Source of the DNA: Squalus acanthias
Lineage: Eukaryota
Direction: 5' to 3'
Length of the DNA: 64,000 bases
Assembly: GCA_030390025.1 (NCBI GenBank)
Contig: CM059431.1
Span: forward strand, 150,166,001-150,230,000
Positions 1 through 11,900 of the stretch are shown here, piece after piece. Made by a program: the position numbers and the translations under genes. The first letter of the stretch is position 1. Each line of letters starts with the position of its first letter. The notes under the pieces were generated by a model, which saw only the letters and a program-made list of their open reading frames with translations, had not been told where the DNA came from and ran no database searches.

Positions 1-500
1 TCGGAGGGTCAGTACGGAGCGAGTGCTGCACTGTCGGAGGATCAGTACTAAGGGTGCGCTGCACTGTCGGAGGTTCAGTACTGAGCGGGTGCTGCACTGT
101 CGGAGGTTCAGTACTGAGGGAGGGCTACACTGCCGGAGGTTCAGTACTGAGGGAGAGCTGCACTGTCGGAGGTTAGGTACTGAGGGTGCGCTGCACTGTC
201 AGAGGGGCAGTGCTGAGGGAACGCTGCACTGTCAAATGGACAGTATTGAGGGAGAACTGTATTGTCGAAGGGGCAAAAGTGAGTGAGCGCTGCACTTTCG
301 GAGGTGCAGAATTGAGGGAGCCCTGCACTGTCGGAACGGCAGTGCTGTGGGAACGCTGCACTTTCGGATGGTCAGTACTGAGGGGGAACTGTATTGTCGA
401 AGGGGAAAAACTGAGCGGGCGCTGCACTGTTGGAGTTGCACTATTGAGGGAGCGCTGCCCTGTCGGAAGTGCAATACTGTTGGAGTACTGTCTTGTCGGA
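1..500 (+). repeat. 33-bp tandem array (GCACTGTCGGAGGTTCAGTACTGAGGGAGCGCT-like), ~15 units, truncated by window start
   Basis: GCACTGTCGG or close variants recur at 28, 61, 94, 127, 160, 193; 11-aa periodicity in the spurious ORF 23..286. Confidence 0.9.
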
Positions 501-806
501 GAGGCCTTCTTTCGGATGCGATTTTAAACCAAAGCCATGTCTGCTCTCTCTCAGCTGGAAGTAAATGATCCGAGGGCACCATTCGAAGAAGACCAGCGGG
601 GTTTTCCCCAGTGTTCTGGCCAATATTTATCTCAATCAACATCACTAAAACAGATGACCTGGTCGTTATTGCAATGCTGTTTGTGGCAACTTGCTGTGCA
701 CAAACTGGATGCCTTGTTTCCTACAGTACAACACTGACTTCACTTCAAAAGTACTTCGTTGGCTGTGCAGTGCTTTTGGGATATCCCAAGTTCGTGAAAG
801 GCGCTC
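480..806 (+). mobile_element. DeuSINE (SacSINE1-like) body with L2-type 3' tail
   Basis: CTTTCGGATG..TTAAACC..GATCC..GGCAC..TGTTCTGGCCAATATTTATC core and tail CTTCAAAAGTACTTC..GCTTTTGGGA..TCGTGAAAGGCGCT; recognised from memory of the family. Confidence 0.65.
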
Positions 807-924
807 TTTCTTAGCAGTAAGTTTCAAAAGGTAATTCGATATCTAATAGAAAAGGAGACATTTTCAGGACTATGAGGAAACTGTTTAATTGTTCACTACC
901 ATTCACGAAAGGTTTATGACTGCT

Positions 925-1260
925 TTGAAATAATCTGATCGGTTGCCTGAAGATGTGCTGATTCATCAGCAGAATGATGTCGGTAGATAGTAATCAGCAG
1001 GAAGTTACCTTGCCCATGTCTGAATGGAAGCCGCGATACTTCATTATGTCCGTAAGCAAATTTGAAGCCTCGCAGGATCTCTCCCAGTCGACTGTATATC
1101 CATGTGCCCCCACATTTGGTGAGTCTGTACTGCCGGTGGAACAGGATATGCCCTGAGATGGTGATGGAGGAGTCGGGAATGTTGACTGATAGGAATGGTT
1201 CTGTGACTTTGATTGTGCGTGAATGCAATGTTTCCAGAGCGTTTCTATCCCCTTCTTGCT
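925..1260 (-). mobile_element. degraded LINE AP-endonuclease fragment (probably the same CR1/L2-superclade family as 56830-58800)
   Basis: ORF 914..1228(-): TEPFLSVNIPDSSITISGHILFHRQYR..GGT..HGQGNFLLITIYRHHSADES resembles the LINE endonuclease N-terminus. Confidence 0.65.
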
Positions 1261-1425
1261 GCTGTTAGTGTTTCTTGTAAGTATTTATATCCAGTTATTA
1301 ATTATATAGATCACATTACACTGTAATATTATTCTTGCTATTTCTCGTTCTTTACTCAGTTATTAATGGTATCGTGTGTTTCAAGTTGTTGCATTTTGTT
1401 AATGCAAGAGTTGTTGTTTAAATAG

Positions 1426-1458
1426 ACTGGCACATCCTCGCTGCTATTGGTGATACTG
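1426..1458 (+). pseudogene. candidate upstream (TM1) exon remnant of the GPR139-like pseudogene
   Basis: CAC ATC CTC GCT GCT ATT GGT GAT ACT G|GCAAGT = HILAAIGDT + G; phase-compatible with acceptor ACAG|TG AAC at 3135, giving ..AAIGDTVNLVTIVILSR; donor is GC and there is an in-frame TAA at 1419. Confidence 0.45.
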
Positions 1459-1719
1459 GCAAGTCTCTGTATCCAACGATTAATTATATAAATCATGTTT
1501 TATTGTATTACTGTTCTTGTCATAATCCATACCATCCCCACTGCTGTCGGCTGTTGATTCTGAAGGTGATACTGTGTTACCAAGATTATTTTTTTCTGTA
1601 TTCAACTCACGAAATGATATTGGACGATACTCTTTGCTAAACGAATTTCGTTCTACTATCTGCACTGAACATTTATAACAGATCAGCAGAATATTGTCTT
1701 GATTGAGGAGAGTTTTCAG

Positions 1720-1855
1720 CAAATGGCGGAAGAACATCACCCTGTAACGTTAACTCTCTCTCTCTCTCCACAGATGATTTCTGACCTGTTGAGTATTTAA
1801 AGCATTTTCAATTCTTTTTTCAGATTTTCCAGCAACCGCAGAAATTTGCTTTTGT
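1720..1855 (+). mobile_element. degraded short repeat, probably a Penelope-derived 3' end
   Basis: AACGTTAACTCT..CTCTCCACAGATG..TGACCTG.TGAGTATT..AGCATTTT..TTTCAGATTT.CCAGCA pattern; family recognised from memory. Confidence 0.45.
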
Positions 1856-3134
1856 TTTCAGCGAATGCTCGGTATGTTTACTGACACAGTGTCACAGGAA
1901 CAAATCCTGACAGATCACACCCACATCTTTAAATGTCTGAAATATCCGCTAATCATTCAGTTCCAGTCAGTGTCTCCTTTCCCACCATATACAGCTCTGC
2001 ATTAGTGGCACTGATTCTGTTGTTTAGAATAGGATTACTAGGATAATTTACATTCTCAAAAATATTCACTCAGACATATTTCAATGTGTTTATTTCCAAT
2101 CTTTGTATTTGAATTTACAATTGGAGCCCATGCAGGCCTGTCACAGTTCAGTGGATCTCTCAGTGAGACCCAGAGTGATTCTCTGTTGTCTCCTGCTGTA
2201 CTGCAGAATAAACAAACCCAGCTGATTGTAACTGAAGTACTGAGGATAAGAAAATCTTTTCATATTTTCTCGACTAATATTCTCTGCACAAATTGCAAAC
2301 CAACAGGTGATAAAGTACAAGGATAAATCTCGTTGCCTGTGTGATAAGTCGCGTAATTATGAAGCTAAAAAGTGTATTTAATGGGCTATTACCTGGTCAA
2401 AGATAACTATTTCTTTTTCAGAATCCATTCTTTGCAATGCTATTTGGAAAATCTTCCATTCAATGAGCTGCAATTTGCGTATTTCAACAAAACTGTGGAA
2501 AGCTCAAAGTTCAAAACAATTCTTATAGCCCAGTTATCTGTATAACTGCAGTGCACTTGTATTTATTATCTCAGATTTGCATATTACAGCCGTACATATT
2601 AAATACAATTGCCGGTAATTATTGCACGCCAAGCTTACAGTTTCTGTATTTTGTTGTTGCATTCATTTTCAGTTGTAAATATAGCCTGGAACATGAATCT
2701 AATCGGGGTTTCCCCCTCACTAACAACAGGGGCACAGAAGCGAATTGCACCGTTCCAAATGCTGACTGATCCCGGGACACGAAGGCTTCCTGAGAGTTTC
2801 TGGTGATTTGTGTCCCTGGTACCTCGGGCGGCGCTTTTGTCTGCTGGGCTAAAGGCAGATCTACCATTTAATCTCTCATTGATCAAACATCTGTTATTTC
2901 ATGTTATCCCCGTTTCATTTATTAATTCCGCAGTGTAATCCCGTTATTCTTACAATTTTCAGATCCACGAGTAAAATAATTAGATTATATAATTGAATGT
3001 CGTTATTGAGTTGCATCTTTCTCCCCGAATTCCATCAAATGCTGCTCTTGCTCCCAGCCTGATGTATAATTTCCGTGTTAATTTACCCTCTCAGCCTGAT
3101 GTATAATTTCCCTGTTTATTTCCCTTCCTTACAG

Positions 3135-4034
3135 TGAACTTAGTGACGATTGTGATCCTGTCCCGGGAAAGTGCGGTCTCTCCAAATGTGTCACTCGCTA
3201 CCTGGTGTCCATGGCAGCGGCGGATTTACTGGTCGTTATACTTGACCTGATATTGAGGCAGATTCCGATTGCTTATATGGAACAGTTTATTTTCTTGAAT
3301 TCATTCCCCGTGTGTAATATCCACGCCATCCTGCTTTTCTCGCCACGGACTGTTCTGTCTGGTTCACCGTCACTTTCACATTTGATCGATTTATGGCCAT
3401 TTGTCGCCAGAAGCTGAAAACTAAATATTGCAACGAGAAATCCGCGGCTGTGGTTCTGGGAACAGTAACTGTGCTGAGCGGGTTAAAGAAAATGTTCTGG
3501 TATTTTATGTTCACAGATCGGTATATGCTTATGAACTTCCCCTGGTTTTGTGATGTAACAATTCATGTTCTGTTTTCACGGATCTGGGGAGCAATCGAGC
3601 TCATTCATTATATTCTCAACCCGGGGCTTCCATTTTTGCTGATTCTGCTGCTCAATGCTGTCACCGTCAGACATATTTGAGTGTCCAGCAGAGCCCGCAG
3701 GAGACTCCGGGGTCCCAGCAGTGGGGAGAGTCCCAGAGAACAATAGATGGAGAGCCGCAGGAAATCCATCATTTTACTGCTTGTTATCTCCGGCAATTTC
3801 ATCCTGTTATGGGCAGCGTTTATGATCTTTGCTCTTTGGAACCGGATGTATTTTCTGGGGTTTCGGGATGTAGATCCACCTCTTTATTTACAGGAATTGG
3901 GATTGATGTTGCAGATGCTCAGTTGCTGCACAAATACTGGGATTTATGTCGTGACCCAGACTAAGTTCAGAGAGGAGTTGAAGTACGTGGGGAAATATTT
4001 CTCCGCTCTGATTATAACATTCATTAAAGAATGA
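3135..4034 (+). pseudogene. GPR139-like class A GPCR, main exon (end of TM1 to TM7), disrupted
   Basis: Acceptor CCTTCCTTACAG at 3134; MAAADLLVV, FTFDRFMAIC, PFLLILLLN, SCCTNTGIY; 1-nt deletions near 3168 and 3340; in-frame stops TGA 3678 and TAG 3744; collinear with the open copy at 58863-59764. Confidence 0.88.
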
Positions 4035-4129
4035 TGTGAATGGAGATTTTGTAGCCTGAAAGCTCCCTGGGCCTCATATTGTGGCGACCAGCTCTCTCCC
4101 GAAACCGACCGCCCCGCGACGGGAAAATT

Positions 4130-4610
4130 CATATAACAAAGTTGTCCGCCGCGGCGCACCGCACAAATATGGCGGCTCCGGTGCCCCGCACAATGATGGC
4201 GGCTCCGGTGCCCAGCATAATGATCGCAGATCCGGTGCCCCGCAACAAACTGGCGCATCCCGGCGAACTGCAAAAAAGATGGCGGCTTCGTTGCTCCGCA
4301 CAAGGATAGCGGCCCTGGCGCTCCGCACAAAGATGGTGTCTCTAGCGCACCTGACAAAAAAGGCGGCGCTGGCGTACCGCAGAAAAATAGCGGCGCTGGC
4401 GCCCCTGCGCATTCATGGCGACTGCGGCGCCACTAACAAATATGGCGGCTCTGGCGTCCGGCACAAAGATGGTGGCTCTGGTGCCCCTAACAAATATGGC
4501 GGCTCTGGAGCCCCTAACCAAGATGGCGGCCCCGGCGCCTCGGAGAAATAAATTGTGGCCATGTTGCCCCGCAAAAATGAGGCGGCTTTGGCGGCACGCA
4601 CAAAAATCAC
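4130..4610 (+). repeat. CpG-rich 27-bp tandem array rich in YY1-type AANATGGCG motifs
   Basis: CAAA(G/T)ATGG(C/T)GGC-type words recur in 27-bp register (e.g. ~4164, 4437, 4464, 4491, 4519); 9-aa periodicity in overlapping ORFs. Confidence 0.8.
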
Positions 4611-4619
4611 GGCCAATTA

Positions 4620-4740
4620 ATGGTTTTATGATTGATACTACTCACACTTTTACAATTTTCCTATATTTTGAAAAGGTGCTTGATAAAGTAGCACATATTA
4701 CCAAAACTGAAGCCCATGGAGTTAAATTGGCAGTGGCCAC
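4620..4740 (+). mobile_element. short degraded CR1 RT fragment
   Basis: translates ..LYFEKVLDKVAH..EAHG, matching CR1 YLDFQKAFDKVPH..KAHG; inverted homologue at 55495-55630. Confidence 0.55.
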
Positions 4741-6770
4741 AGTGAGTAGTGCGAGGGATATCAGTATTACAGTGAGTGGTGTGGGGTGTAACAGTCCAGA
4801 ATGTGACATGTATCAGAGGGTTACAGTGAGTGGTGTGGAGTATATAAGACTATTAAAGTGAGGGGAGTGGGGTATTTCAGAGTGTGTTACAATGAGGGGC
4901 GTGGGGTATATCAGAGTGTTGCCGTGAGGGGTGTTGGGTTTATCAGTATTACAGTGACTGTTGTGGGGTGTAACTGTCCAGAATGTAGCATGTATCAGAG
5001 TGTTACATTGAGGGGTGTGGGGTATATCAGACTGTTACAGTGAAGGGTTTGGGGTATATCAGAGGGTTACCTTGAGGGGTTTGGGGCATATCAGACTGTT
5101 AAAGTGAGGAGCGTGGGCTTTATCAGTGTGTTACAGTGAGTGGTGTGGGATATCTCAGAGTGTTAGTGCGTTGGAGGGTGTATCAGAATGTTACAGCTAG
5201 TGGTGTGGTGTATATCACAGTGCTAAATTTAGCGGTGTGGGGTATATCAGAGTTTTACAGTGAGGAGTGTGGGGTGTTTCAGCGTGTTACAGTGTGGGTT
5301 GTGGAGTATATCAGAATGTGTCACATTGAGGGGGGTGAAGTATATCAGAGTGTGTTACAATGAGTGGTGTGGGGAGTAACATCCTCTGTGTGGCATATTT
5401 CAGAGTGTTTGAGTGAGGGGTGTGGTGTATATCCAAGTGTTATAGTGAGGGGTGAGGGGTATATCAAATTGTTACAGTGAAGTGTCTGGTGAATACGAGT
5501 GTGTTACAGTGAGGGGTATGGGTATACAAATGTGTTAAACTGAGAGGTGTGGGTCATAGCAGTGTGTTACTGTGAGGGGTGTGGCTAATATCAGATTTTT
5601 ACAGTGAGGATTTATGCAGTATATAAGAGAGTAAGAGTGAGAAGTGTGGGGTATATCAGATGTTTGCGTGAGTGGTGTGGGGTACATCAGTGTTACAGTA
5701 ATGGGTGTGGCGTATATAAGAATGTTACAGCGAGGATTGTTGGATAAATCAGAGTGGCACAGTAAGGGGTGTTGATTATTTTAATGTTACAGTGAGGGTG
5801 TGAGTTATATCAGAGTGTTACATTGAGGGATGTGAAGTATATCATAGTAAGTTACAGTGTGGGGTTGGGGTATATAAGAGTGTTACATTGAGTGGTGAGG
5901 GGTGTATTAGAGTGTTACAGTGAGGGGTGTGGGATATATCAGAGTGTTACAGTGAGGGTTGTGGAGCATATCAAAGTGGGTTACAGTGATGGAGGTGTTG
6001 TTTATCAGAGTGTGACAGTGAGTGTGCCGGAGTGTATCAGAGTGGTGCGAGGTATATCAATACTACAGTGAGGGGTGTTTGGTATATCCAAGGATTACAG
6101 TGAGAGGTGTGTGGTATATCAGTTTTAGAGTGAGGGTGTGTGATATATCAGAGTGCGATAGTGAGTGATCTGGGGTATATCAGAGTGTTACAGTGAGTGG
6201 TGTGGGGTATATCAGATTGCGATAGTGAGTGATGTGGGGTATATCAGAGTGTTACAGTTAGGGGTGTGGGGTATATCAGATTTGAATAGTGAGTGATGTG
6301 GGGTATATCAGAATGTTACAGTGAGTGGTGTGCGGGATATCAGAGTGTTACAATGAGTGGTGTGGGGGAAAGCAGAGTGTTACAGGGAGTGGTGTGGAGT
6401 ATTATCAGATCTTTACATTGAGGGGTGTGGGGTATATCAGAGTGTTAAATTAATTGATGTGGGTTATATCAGAGCGTTATAGTGATTGGTGTAGCGGATA
6501 TCAGTGTTACAGCGAGAGTTGAGCTCTACATCTGAAATTTATTGGCCAGCGGGTGTCTATCAGGGTGTTGCACTGAGAGGTTTGGGGTATATCAGAATGT
6601 TACATTTATGTGGTGTGGTATATCAGAATGTTACAATGAAGAGTGTGGGGAATTGCAGTGTGTTACAGTGAGGGTTTAGGGCATATCAGATTGTTACAAT
6701 GAGTGTTGTGGGGATTATTTGAGTGTTACATTGAGGCATGTGGTGCATAACAGAGTACGACACCGAGTGG
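4740..6770 (+). repeat. 32-bp GT-rich satellite (GTGTTACAGTGAGGGGTGTGGGGTATATCAGA)n
   Basis: ~60 diverged units read directly. Confidence 0.92.
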
Positions 6771-6771
6771 T

Positions 6772-7035
6772 GTGGCCAGGAATCTCAAGGCTATCTCGGG
6801 GACAGGCTTCGCGAGTGGAGCTCGGGGCCAGAGACCAGAGGCGAGCTCGGGGCCAGGAACAGCGAGTCGAGCTCGGGGCCAGAAATAGTGTGTGGAGCTC
6901 GGGGCCAGGGATCGCGAGGCGAGCTCGGGGCCAGGAATCGCGTGGCGAGCTCGGAGCCAGAGACCAGAGGCGAACTCGGGGCCAGGAACCGCGAGGCGTG
7001 CTCAGGGCCAGGAACAGCGTGTGGCGCTCAGGGAC
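6772..7035 (+). repeat. GC-rich ~24-27-bp tandem repeat (core GAGCTCGGGGCCAG)
   Basis: GAGCTCGGGGCCAG(G/A) and variants repeated about 9 times. Confidence 0.85.
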
Positions 7036-7356
7036 AGGAATACTAATACAAATACAGGCACAAATACAGAAACCTGATGGGGCTCCACTAACCTCCCCCC
7101 GGCTAAACTTCACCAGAATATCAGTGCTAATTTGATCTTGTGAGACAAAACATCATTCATGTCCGAGGCACGGACCCAGAAGCCAGGAAGAGCACAGCAG
7201 CGAGGTCAAGTCCCAAGAGATGCGCAGCGTGGACCAGCTTTGGGGTCGGGGCCCAGGTAAGGTGCGGGACGGGCCAACAGCGAGGTCGGGAGTACCACAA
7301 TGCATGCTACGAAATCCAGGCAGAGAGGACCTGTGGGAAGGAGGGAGGAGGATAAT

Positions 7357-8070
7357 GGCCCGAAAATTACGCACTGTTTATTCTCGCGTATTAGGTCCCG
7401 AATTGCCGGTTTCCTGCATGCACTGCGCATGCGCGGGAAACCGGCACTTCGTGTATTGCAAAGGGGGCGGTTCCTAAGTGCAGTGCACTTAGTTTTTTTT
7501 TCAGGTTTGAACGCCCAGGTAAGTGGTGAAGATTTTATACATAATGAAAGCAGGCCTAGGACTCCCTTTTAACAAAGTAAGTAGTTAATTAAGTGTTATT
7601 TTAAAAAGTTTTCAACAGGTTTATCTTTTATGGAGACTTTAAAGAAAGGTAAGTTTAATTTTATAAATTTTGAAAAGATTTAAAATTTTTTCAAAAATTA
7701 AATTTTTTGTTTGAAGTGGTTAATTTATTTAACTATACTTATTTTATTAATGTGATGGCTTTTTAAAAAAAAATAATTGAGGTTTTGCTGTTCTTTTGTG
7801 GGTTTGTAGTATTCATAGTTTTGATAGCCCTTGCTGTCAAAACTATGAATAAAAGATGGTGTGCTGCCATTGGCTCTAACTGAATCACGTGATCCCAGAG
7901 CTCGCATGAACTCATTGCGCCTCTGGGTACGCAAGCACTGCACGATTGCAGCAGGGAGAGGCTCTGAAACTAAAGTTCATGTGGGCCCCAAACAAAAAGG
8001 TAGGCGCAGAGTGAGATATCGCGGGGAATCCTTACCCCTGCGGGAATCATCGATGTTTAATTTCTGGGCC
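7357..8070 (+). mobile_element. non-autonomous DNA transposon (MITE, PIF/Harbinger-like), copy 1
   Basis: Ends GGCCCGAAAATTA / TAATTTCTGGGCC; flanks AAT/ATT; homologous throughout to 45490-46232. Confidence 0.75.
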
Positions 8071-8129
8071 ATTAGGAGTATGTTTGTGTGTGTGTGCTTG
8101 GGCGATAGAGCAGAGCATTGTCTCCAATC

Positions 8130-8695
8130 GTCTTGTATCCCCTTGCCATTGGACGAAGACATTGCTCTGTCATGCCCGTGTGCTAGCTGGTGTGCAACGG
8201 CCACCCCACGTTAAAAGAATTCACGCACAGGCATCTTCCACCCTTTAAAATTAAGTTCGGGACCTGGAACTTCAGGATCCTCATGGACAACTCCAACAGT
8301 GACAAACCGGAACGCCATACTGCTATTGTTGCCTGGGAGCTCAGACGTTTCGACAATGACATCGCCACCCTAAGTGAGACCAGGCATGCAGGGGAAGGGC
8401 AGCTCAAGGTGCAAGGCGTTGGCTACAACTTCTTCTGGAAAGACAAACCTGAAGACGGACGCCACCTCCATGGGGTAGGCTTCGGCATAAAAAAATGAAC
8501 AAGTTGGACGTCTCAGAGACTCCCCTTGCGGTATAAATGTGTGACTCATGTCTCTTCAGCTCAACCTAGCCCGGAACCACTGCGCTAAGGTCATCAGTGC
8601 TTACGCCACAACACTGGAAGTCACAGACGAGACAAAAGAGGAATTCTGCTCCAGCTTCGAACAATCCCTGTCCTGAGTCCCAACGGGCGAAAAGC
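8130..8695 (+). mobile_element. RTE-clade LINE, 5' part (AP endonuclease N-terminus)
   Basis: FGTWNFRILMD..ERHTAIVAWELRRFDNDIATLSETR..HGVGFGIK; breaks at VPTGEK and resumes with ILLGDFNARVG at ~13287. Confidence 0.88.
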
Positions 8696-8920
8696 AGGCT
8701 GGTGTCAGGAGCGGCGAGACCGGAGGTCCAGTGAGTATTTGAACTCACTTTCGCGGGCTTTTCTTTCACAGGCTGGTGTCGGGAGCGACGAGACCGGAGG
8801 TCCTGTGAGTATTTCAACTCACTTTCACGGGCTTTTCTTTCATAGGCTGGTGTCGGGAGCGACGAGACCGGAGGTCCTGTGATTATTTGAACTCATTTTC
8901 GTGGAATATACTTTCACAGG
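8695..8920 (+). repeat. 3 x 74-bp tandem units at the CR1 5' end
   Basis: (C/T)AGG starts at 8695, 8769, 8843, 8917. Confidence 0.9.
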
Positions 8921-11900
8921 CATACCAATCTCAGACCGGCGGCGGCGTTCCAGAGCAACGTCACAATACAATACGTGATGCAGGCTGGAGGGAGCAGCTG
9001 ATTGGGTGAGTGCAGCTCGGGAAGTATTTATACTACTCTATAGTTTGACAGTTAAGGTTCATAGTTTATAAAGTTTAGAAGGTCTTAATTTTGTGGATAT
9101 AGTTTCTAGTGCTAGTAACCATGCCCTTGAGTAGAGCATTTAATTGAGTGTAATTGGTGGTATTGATTTGATTTAATTTAAGTTCATTTAATTAAAGGGT
9201 AAGTCCTGACAGGACAGCCCAGCCCCGTGTTATGCTCCTCCTGCTCGATGTGGGAAATCAGGGACCCTTCCGGTGTCCCTGACAAGCATGTGTGCGGGAA
9301 GTATATCCAGCTGCAGCTACTGACAGACCGCATTGCGGCGCTGGAGCTGCAGATGGATGCGTATTGGAGCATTCGCGATGCTGAGAACCTCGTGGATAGC
9401 ACGTTTAGAGATTTGGTCACACCACAGGCAAAGGGAGCACAGGCAGAAAGTAAATGGGTGACCACCAGGCAGAGTAAGAGGTGCAGGCAGATAGTGCAGG
9501 GGTCCCCTGTGGACATCCCCCTCTCAAACAGATATACCACTTTGAATACTGTTGCGGGGGATGACTTATCAGGGGAAGGCAGCAGCAGCCAACTTCCTGG
9601 CACCATGGGTGGCTCTGCTGCACAGGCTGGGAAGAAAAAGATTGGAAGAGCTTGAGTGATAGGGGACTCAATTTTAAGGGGAATAGATAGGCGTTTCTGC
9701 GGCCGCAACCGAGACTTCAGGATGGTGTGTTGACTTCCTGGTGCAAGGGTCAAGGACGTCTCGGAGCGGCTAAAGAACATTTTGGAGGGGGAGGGCGAAA
9801 AGGCAGCTGTCGTGGTGCACACAGGCACCAACGATATAGGTAAAAAAGGGGATGAGGTCCGAAAAGAAGAATAGAGGGAGTTAGGAGGTAAATTAAAAAA
9901 TAGGATCTCAAAGGCAGTAATCTCAGTATTGCTACCAGTGCCACGTGCTAGTCAGAGTAGAAATAGGAGGATATTTCAAATTAATACGTGGCTAGAGGAA
10001 TGGTGCAAGGGGGAGGTATTCAAATTCCTGGGACATTGGAACCGTTTCTGGGGGAGGTGGAACCAATACAAACCGGATGCTCTGCACCTGGGCAGTTCCG
10101 GGACCGCTGTCCTAGTGGGAGGGTTTGCTAGTGCTGTTGGGGAGGGTTTATACTAAAGTGGCAGGGGATTGGTCACCTGAGCAGGGAGACAGAGGAAAGC
10201 GTCTCAGGAAGGGACAGAAGGTATGGAGTAAAAGGTAAAGTGTTAAAAAGGAAAAAGCAGGAACTAAGTGTCACAAAACATATTTGAAAGTTCTTTATCT
10301 GAATGCATGTCGCATTCGTAAAAAAATAGATAAGTTAACGGCACAAATAACTATGTATGTTTATGATCTTGTGGCCATTACGAAATATGGCTGCAGGGTG
10401 ACAACGACTGGGAATTAAATATGCCAAGGTATTTAACAATCAGGAAGGACAGGCAGGAACGTAGGGGAGGTGGGGTGGCTATGTTAATAAAGGAAGGAAA
10501 GACTGGAATACAGGGAAATTATATTGGGTCAAAGGATCAGGATAATGAAACAGTTTGGGTGGAGATAAGGAATGTTAAGGGGAAAAAAACACTAGTGGGA
10601 TTGGTATATTGGCCTCCTAATAGTTGCAACTCTGCTGGAAGAAGTATTAATCAGGAAATAGTTGGGGCATTAAATAAGGGAACAGCTATAATTATGGGGG
10701 ATTTTAAGTATCATATTAACTGGACAAATCAAATTGGGCAGGGCAGCCTTGCGGAAGAGTTTATTGAGTGTATTAGGGATGGATTTCTTAAGCGGTATGT
10801 AACTAATCCTACAAGTGGGCAAGCAACCTTGGACCTGGTCCTGTGCAATGTGTCAGGAATAATTTATAATGAACTAGTTAAGGATCCCCTTGGAATGAGA
10901 GATCATAACATGGTTGAATTCCATATCCAATTAGAGGGTGAGAAGGTTGGTTCTCAAACAAGCGTACTGAGCTTGAATAAAGGAGACTATGATGGTATGA
11001 GCGCGGAATTGATAAAGTGGACTCGGAAACTAGATTAAAGGGTGAGACGGTACATGAGCAGTGGTGTTCATTTAAGGAGTTTATTACAACTTCAAAAAAT
11101 ATATATTCCACTGAGGAAAAAAGGGTTTAAAAGAAATGACAGCTGTCCGTGGCTAAATAAAGAAATTAAGGATAGTATCCGACTAAAAACAAGGACATAT
11201 AAGGTAGCCAAACTTAGTGGGAGGATAGAAGATTGGGAAGTCTTCAGAAGACAGCAAAAAGTTACTAAAGGATTGATTAAGAAAAGGAAGATAGATTATG
11301 AAAATAAATTAGCCAAAAATATAAAAAAAGATCGCAAGAGTTTCTATAGTTATATAAAAAGAAAAAGGGTGGTTAAGGCAAACATAGTTCCCTTAGAGGA
11401 TGAGACCGAGCAATTAATGGTGGATAACATGGAGATGCCAAAAATGCTGAACAAATATTTTATTTCACACTTTACGGTAGTGGACACTAAGGATATCCCA
11501 ACACTGGACAAAAAGGGGGCTCTAGGGGGGGAGGAGCTAAATACGATTAAAATGACTAAGAAATAGGTACTCAGTAAAATATTGGCACCCAAGGCGGATA
11601 AATCCCCTGGACCTGATGGCTTACATCCTAGGGTCTTGAGGGAAGTGGCAGTAGGGATTGTGGATGCTTTGGTAATAATTTTCCAAAATTCCCTGGACTC
11701 AGCAAAGGTCATGGCAGATTGGAAAACTGCTAATGTAACACCCTTATTTAAAAAGCGTAGTAGCCAGAATGCTGGAAATTATAGACCAGTTAGCCTAACA
11801 TCAGAGGTGGGAAAAATTTTGGAGTCTATTATTAAGGAGACAATAACGGAACATTTAGATAAACATAATTTAATAGGACAAAGTCAGCATGGCTTTATGA

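Noticed and set aside
1720..1760. Additional hammerhead in the degraded Penelope-like repeat
   Set aside because: Neither CUGANGA nor GAAA core is intact.
4081..4551. Gly-rich ORF (HKDGGSGAP repeats) as a protein
   Set aside because: Translation of the 27-bp array; several frames on both strands are equally open; no splice or start support.
1..6770. 27-33-bp arrays as CRISPR
   Set aside because: Head-to-tail units with no unique spacers, no cas genes, eukaryotic context.
8700..8716. TGGTGTCAGGAGCGG resembling a tRNA-Leu PBS
   Set aside because: No upstream LTR; it is part of a triplicated LINE 5' monomer.
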